A stretch of 64,000 nt of DNA, from the NCBI GenBank assembly GCA_963796105.1, contig CAWCKJ010000004.1:1184001-1248000 (forward strand), given 5' to 3'. Source of the DNA: a candidate division FCPU426 bacterium. Lineage in GTDB: Bacteria > Oederibacteriota > Muellerivitia > Muellerivitales > Muellerivitaceae. A program made the translations under genes and the position numbers. How positions within the stretch are numbered: the stretch's first letter is position 1; each line of letters starts with the position of its first letter. This document shows positions 60,701 through 64,000 of this stretch, piece by piece. The notes below the pieces were generated by a model. That model saw only the letters and a program-made list of their open reading frames with translations, did not search any database and had not been told where the DNA came from.

Positions 60701-62936
60701 TCCCACCCGTACGCCTACACCCACTCCGACGACAACTCCTACTTCCACGCCCACCAATAGCCCTACCCTTACACCCACGAATAGCCCGACATCCACCCCG
60801 AGCAGGACGCCTACTCCAACCCCTAGTCCAACCCCTACCAACACCCCCACTTCCACCCCCACGCCAACACCAACAACCACCTCTACTGCTACCCCGACTC
60901 CGAGCCCTACTGCCACCCCCACCAGGACGCCTACCCCAACCCCCACGAATACGCCAACGTCTACCCCCAGCCCAACACCCACTATGACTCCCACGCCTAC
61001 TCCGACAAGCACCCCGACCAGAACGCCAACTACGACGCCCACGCCGACTAATACTTCCACCCCTACGATTACTCCCACTCCCACCCCAAGCCCAACAGGG
61101 ACTCAGTCGCCAACAAATACACCTACCATTACCCCGACCAGGACACCTACTCCAACACCCACCAATACTCCGACAGTCACACCGACGTCCACTCCGACTT
61201 CCACCCCAACGAGGACTCCGACTCCCACCGCAACCCCCACCCCCACTTTGACGCCCACGTCTACTCTCACCCCAACACCCACCCTGACACCAACTCCCAC
61301 GCCGACTTCCACCCCGACTAGGACCCCAACCCCAACGCCGACTAGCACCCCTACTCTAACCCCAACAGCGACACCTACTTCCACATCAACCTCAACACCT
61401 TCGGCTACTCCAACTAATACGCCCACCAGGACCCCCACCCCTACGCTAACCTCAACACCTACCCTGACCCCGACATCAACTCCCACCAATACCTCAACTT
61501 CCACACCTACTCCTACCAGGACTTATACGCCCACCACCACGCCTACCCCGACGTCGACTCCTACGCCTACTATTACTCCGACTCCTACGAACAGCCCGAC
61601 TGGGACCCAGTCACCCACGAATACACCTACCATTACCCCTACCAAAACCTCAACCCCTACCCCCACGAATACCCCGACTGTGACCCCTACCCCAACACCC
61701 ACCAATACGCCGACTCAAACCCCCACGCCCACGTCTACATCTACCCCAACCAGAACACCTACCCCCACCCCTACGAACACTTCCACGATGACTCCGACAG
61801 CGACTCCCACTAATACCTCAACATCAACGCCAACCTATACGTCAACTAGTACCCCGACGAGGACGCCTACCCCAACAGCTACCAATACCTCTACATCAAC
61901 CCCCACGGCGACATCGACTCCTACACCCACGATTACCCCTACCCCCACGAACAGCCCGACTGGGACGCAGTCACCCACGAACACTCCGACCATTACCCCC
62001 ACCAAAACCCCAACACCTACCCCCACGAATACCCCGACTGCGACCCCTACATTCACGCCCAGCAACACCCCGACAAACACATCCACTTCAACCCCGACGG
62101 CAACGCCCACCTACACCCCGACTGCGACGTCAACATTTACCCCCACCAGTACCCCGACGAGGACGCCAACTCCGACAGCTACCAGCACCTCTACATCAAC
62201 ACCCACCCCGACTCCCACGAATACACCCACCGTCACGCCGACCCCGACTTCTAGCCCGACAGGAACCCAATCACCCACCAATACCCCAACCAATACGCCC
62301 ACATTTACGGCTACGCCTACTTCCACGAATACACCGACTTCCACGTCTACCCCGACTAATACTTCCACCCCTACCGCTACCCCAACTGCCACTTCTACGG
62401 ATACAGCGAGTTACACCCTGACACCGACAATGACTGATACCCCAACCCCGACACCGACCTGGACCTACACTCCCATGTTCACTTCGACATTCAGCTACAC
62501 CCCGACTTCTACCTCTACACCCACTGACACTTCCACCGACACCGCTACCTTCACGCCTACGGACACTCCAACGTCGACATCGACTCCTACGCCGACAGTT
62601 GCTTGGACTAGCACCGCTACTGCTACTTCGACAGGGACCGCGACTCCGGTTGGGAAAGATGAAGTGGTGGTTTATCCCAACCCAGTGAAAGGTCCGGGCC
62701 CTGTAACGATTCAGATTACCTTGAAGCAAGAGGAACCGGTCGTTCGGGTTGAGATATTCACGACAGCTTTTAGAAAGGTGAATGAGATTGATCGCTACCA
62801 AGTACCGGCGGGAGTGACCCTTTTGCCCATCCCCCTAACGGACAAGGAGGGAATACCTTTGGCCAATGGCCTTTATTACGTTGTTGTCCAAACGTCCAAG
62901 GAACGCCTCGTCGCAAAACTCCTCGTTTTGAGGTAA
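57786..62936 (+). CDS. Second GH74 xyloglucanase-like enzyme with about 880 aa Thr/Pro linker and C-terminal sorting-like domain
   Basis: [13 protein letters not shown] and YVGTNGRG; C-terminal VYPNP...LANGLYYV...KLLVLR. Confidence 0.9.
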   Translation: MRLIRVKNDFLSRPIPERVFRPLLCAALAFFATSSFVYGQSYTWKNVVTPAGGTITGIAYSRALQGLIYARTDMGGAYRWDNTNNVWVPLTDWLGDWNLYGIESIAPDPVNSNVVYAAIGQTYSGTTGYVIASSNQGASWTQYSIPVSIGANNGGNDAGERLAVDPNLTSILYFGTRYNGLWKSTNSAASWSQVTSFPVNGDSGYGLSWVLFDTHGTSGSASATIYVGVEATNSGNSNVYRSTNGGTSWAVIPGGPTSMITIQGSLGTDGNLWMSYDDSNSYGTGQIWKLNSSTLAWTNVTPSNGPGSGSGGYSGVCVDAENANHAVVSTMDWWGGPDKGFQTTNGGTSWNVITNVQNSWDAGPYANYNNNGVTWTRFCSTYDGGAWYMNCIRIDPFNSNNAVYTTGGGLWTTTNVEASSQPAGVTWTFTDYGIEQTAVLFLNASSMPGTFFSALGDITGMRYTDLTKPASNMYCNPHVGNSNCLDFAELNVNDVVRVGASGAVTTDAAYSANNGQSWTPWTNTPPGYTTDNEMGSVAISADGSHVVVSPQNGYGSPAYASSLGGAWTTCTGLPSGAMLASDRANASTIYATSGSTLYVSANYGASFSTVNSFSGSGAPRAVFGVAGEVWVATGSGLYRFTNAGSTLATISNVTSSNSVGFGKAAGGQTHPAVYLTGTYNGTYGFYRCDDGVGTTWTRINDNNHQYGYGAWCEGDEAIYGRVYVGTNGRGVVYGDMLATTPTITPTMTRTFTPANTPTPTSTATRTNTFTSTSTSTATATLTPTRTNTLTYTATNTTTYTSTATRTNTATSTATNTATFSSTSTRTNTPTNTVTSTPTNSPTNTVTNTATATPTPTRTNSPTYTVTLTPTNTPTSTSTSTATATPTATRTNTPTASSTTTPTSSPTFTSSPTPTPTTTPTNTPTRTLTPTPTSTPTPTPTSTNSPTSTPTRTPTPTPTTTPTPTPTNTLTPTPTRTPTPTPTTTPTSTPTNSPTLTPTNSPTSTPSRTPTPTPSPTPTNTPTSTPTPTPTTTSTATPTPSPTATPTRTPTPTPTNTPTSTPSPTPTMTPTPTPTSTPTRTPTTTPTPTNTSTPTITPTPTPSPTGTQSPTNTPTITPTRTPTPTPTNTPTVTPTSTPTSTPTRTPTPTATPTPTLTPTSTLTPTPTLTPTPTPTSTPTRTPTPTPTSTPTLTPTATPTSTSTSTPSATPTNTPTRTPTPTLTSTPTLTPTSTPTNTSTSTPTPTRTYTPTTTPTPTSTPTPTITPTPTNSPTGTQSPTNTPTITPTKTSTPTPTNTPTVTPTPTPTNTPTQTPTPTSTSTPTRTPTPTPTNTSTMTPTATPTNTSTSTPTYTSTSTPTRTPTPTATNTSTSTPTATSTPTPTITPTPTNSPTGTQSPTNTPTITPTKTPTPTPTNTPTATPTFTPSNTPTNTSTSTPTATPTYTPTATSTFTPTSTPTRTPTPTATSTSTSTPTPTPTNTPTVTPTPTSSPTGTQSPTNTPTNTPTFTATPTSTNTPTSTSTPTNTSTPTATPTATSTDTASYTLTPTMTDTPTPTPTWTYTPMFTSTFSYTPTSTSTPTDTSTDTATFTPTDTPTSTSTPTPTVAWTSTATATSTGTATPVGKDEVVVYPNPVKGPGPVTIQITLKQEEPVVRVEIFTTAFRKVNEIDRYQVPAGVTLLPIPLTDKEGIPLANGLYYVVVQTSKERLVAKLLVLR

Positions 62937-63071
62937 GCTAATTGAAGAAATATTTTGACAATTATTGGGGTGTCAATGAAACAACGGGGTCCCGAGAGTG
63001 GATCCGAATTTTTTTCAATTACCTTTCAAAATTTCTTTTTCACTTTTAACCGCCAAAACACTGGAGAGCCG

Positions 63072-64000
63072 ATGTTCCGCTATTTTCCTGAAACCGGTTT
63101 AAATCGTTTTCTTCATCCATGGTCAAGCCGGTTTTGCACCGTTTTATTGTTAGCGGTCCTTGGCTGGATATCCCCATCCTATATAAAAGCGCAATGCACC
63201 GTAACAAGCGCCAATCTGGACACCAGCGTCGACGACGACATCCTCATCTACCTTAACGGCAATGTGATTGTTTCCCAACCGAGCGACTGCAACTGGTGGA
63301 CGTCCGTCCATTCCTATGCCATCACCAACCTTTCCTGGTTCAATACGTCGGGGGAGAACATACTGGCGGTATACGCCACTGACCAATGCGGTAACACGGC
63401 GTGGGCCACATGGCTGCTGACCATCAACTATTCCAACTGCCCCACCCAATACATCATGAGCGACGGCTGGTGCACACGGACAGTCAATTCGGGGATCACC
63501 TACACGGGCTCAGGCCTGCCGCCCACAGGACTGCCTTCCGGATGGACGGGTACGGGATTCCCCGACAGCGCCTGGGGGGGCGTCTACACGGGGGATGTCC
63601 GCGTCATCCGTAATTGTTCCAACTGCGCCGCCATCACGAATACTGGGACGGGGTTGGTCGTGCCTCACATTTGGGGCGACAATAATTTCGCGCCTTCCTA
63701 CTCCGGCGAAGGTTACCTCTTCCGGCAGCACTTTTACACGGGTTCGGCGGCGTGCACCGTCACACCGGCTCCGAGCCCCACCTTTCCCCCGACCAACACG
63801 CTCAGCCCTACGCCGACAATTGGCTCACCCACCCCGACCTTCACCCCTTGGCCGGGCTGCAATAGCCCCGGGATCACCTCTCCCATGCTGAACCTTCAGA
63901 CGTCCTGTTATAACCAGAACAACCAATATATGGATTATGGTTTCCGGGTATACAACTGGGGCGCCACCCCCGTCACCATCGCCAACCTATGCGTCAAGGC
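63072..64000 (+). CDS. Secreted lectin/galactose-binding-like protein, 3'-truncated (absent from the ORF track)
   Basis: GGAGAG RBS; signal peptide; SVDDDILIYLNG...GENILAV...PSGWTGTGFPDSAW; Pro/Thr linker, then CBM3-like FRVYNWGATPV; frame open to the window end. Confidence 0.7.
   Translation, partial: MFRYFPETGLNRFLHPWSSRFCTVLLLAVLGWISPSYIKAQCTVTSANLDTSVDDDILIYLNGNVIVSQPSDCNWWTSVHSYAITNLSWFNTSGENILAVYATDQCGNTAWATWLLTINYSNCPTQYIMSDGWCTRTVNSGITYTGSGLPPTGLPSGWTGTGFPDSAWGGVYTGDVRVIRNCSNCAAITNTGTGLVVPHIWGDNNFAPSYSGEGYLFRQHFYTGSAACTVTPAPSPTFPPTNTLSPTPTIGSPTPTFTPWPGCNSPGITSPMLNLQTSCYNQNNQYMDYGFRVYNWGATPVTIANLCVK

Overview
Bacterial chromosomal window with moderately high GC and AT-rich inserts, in three zones. 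(1) 1-14.4 kb: an aldo/keto reductase, a stand-alone long flagellar hook gene, and a six-gene co-oriented redox cluster (type-1 Cu protein, CuA protein, ferritin-like protein, NapH/MauN-type membrane polyferredoxin, CuA-cytochrome c fusion, Cyc2-like cytochrome-porin). After it come a Thr-rich kelch-like lipoprotein and an array of about 16 units of 42-43 bp next to a gene for a ParB-HTH-like, membrane-anchored protein. (2) 14.9-32.6 kb: an accessory zone with an IS5-disrupted PD-(D/E)xK nuclease-like gene, a WG-repeat/M48 protease fusion, ada/ogt, a complete IS21, two AbiE type IV toxin-antitoxin loci (one with a deleted toxin) and a mobile mystery A/B pair. (3) 32.7-64 kb: a hemicellulose-degradation region (GH5-like, GH127/146, two giant GH74, GH30, GH62, two paralogous AraC regulators). 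Most of its large secreted proteins have Thr/Pro linkers and a shared YPNP...ANGLY...KL C-terminal domain. It also holds an ECF sigma / FlgD-domain anti-sigma / PA14-CBM9 / PorV-TPR operon. The protein style recalls candidate phylum FCPU426 (Goldbacteria), which is an unverified inference. All family calls come from motif recognition by eye; no database searches were run.
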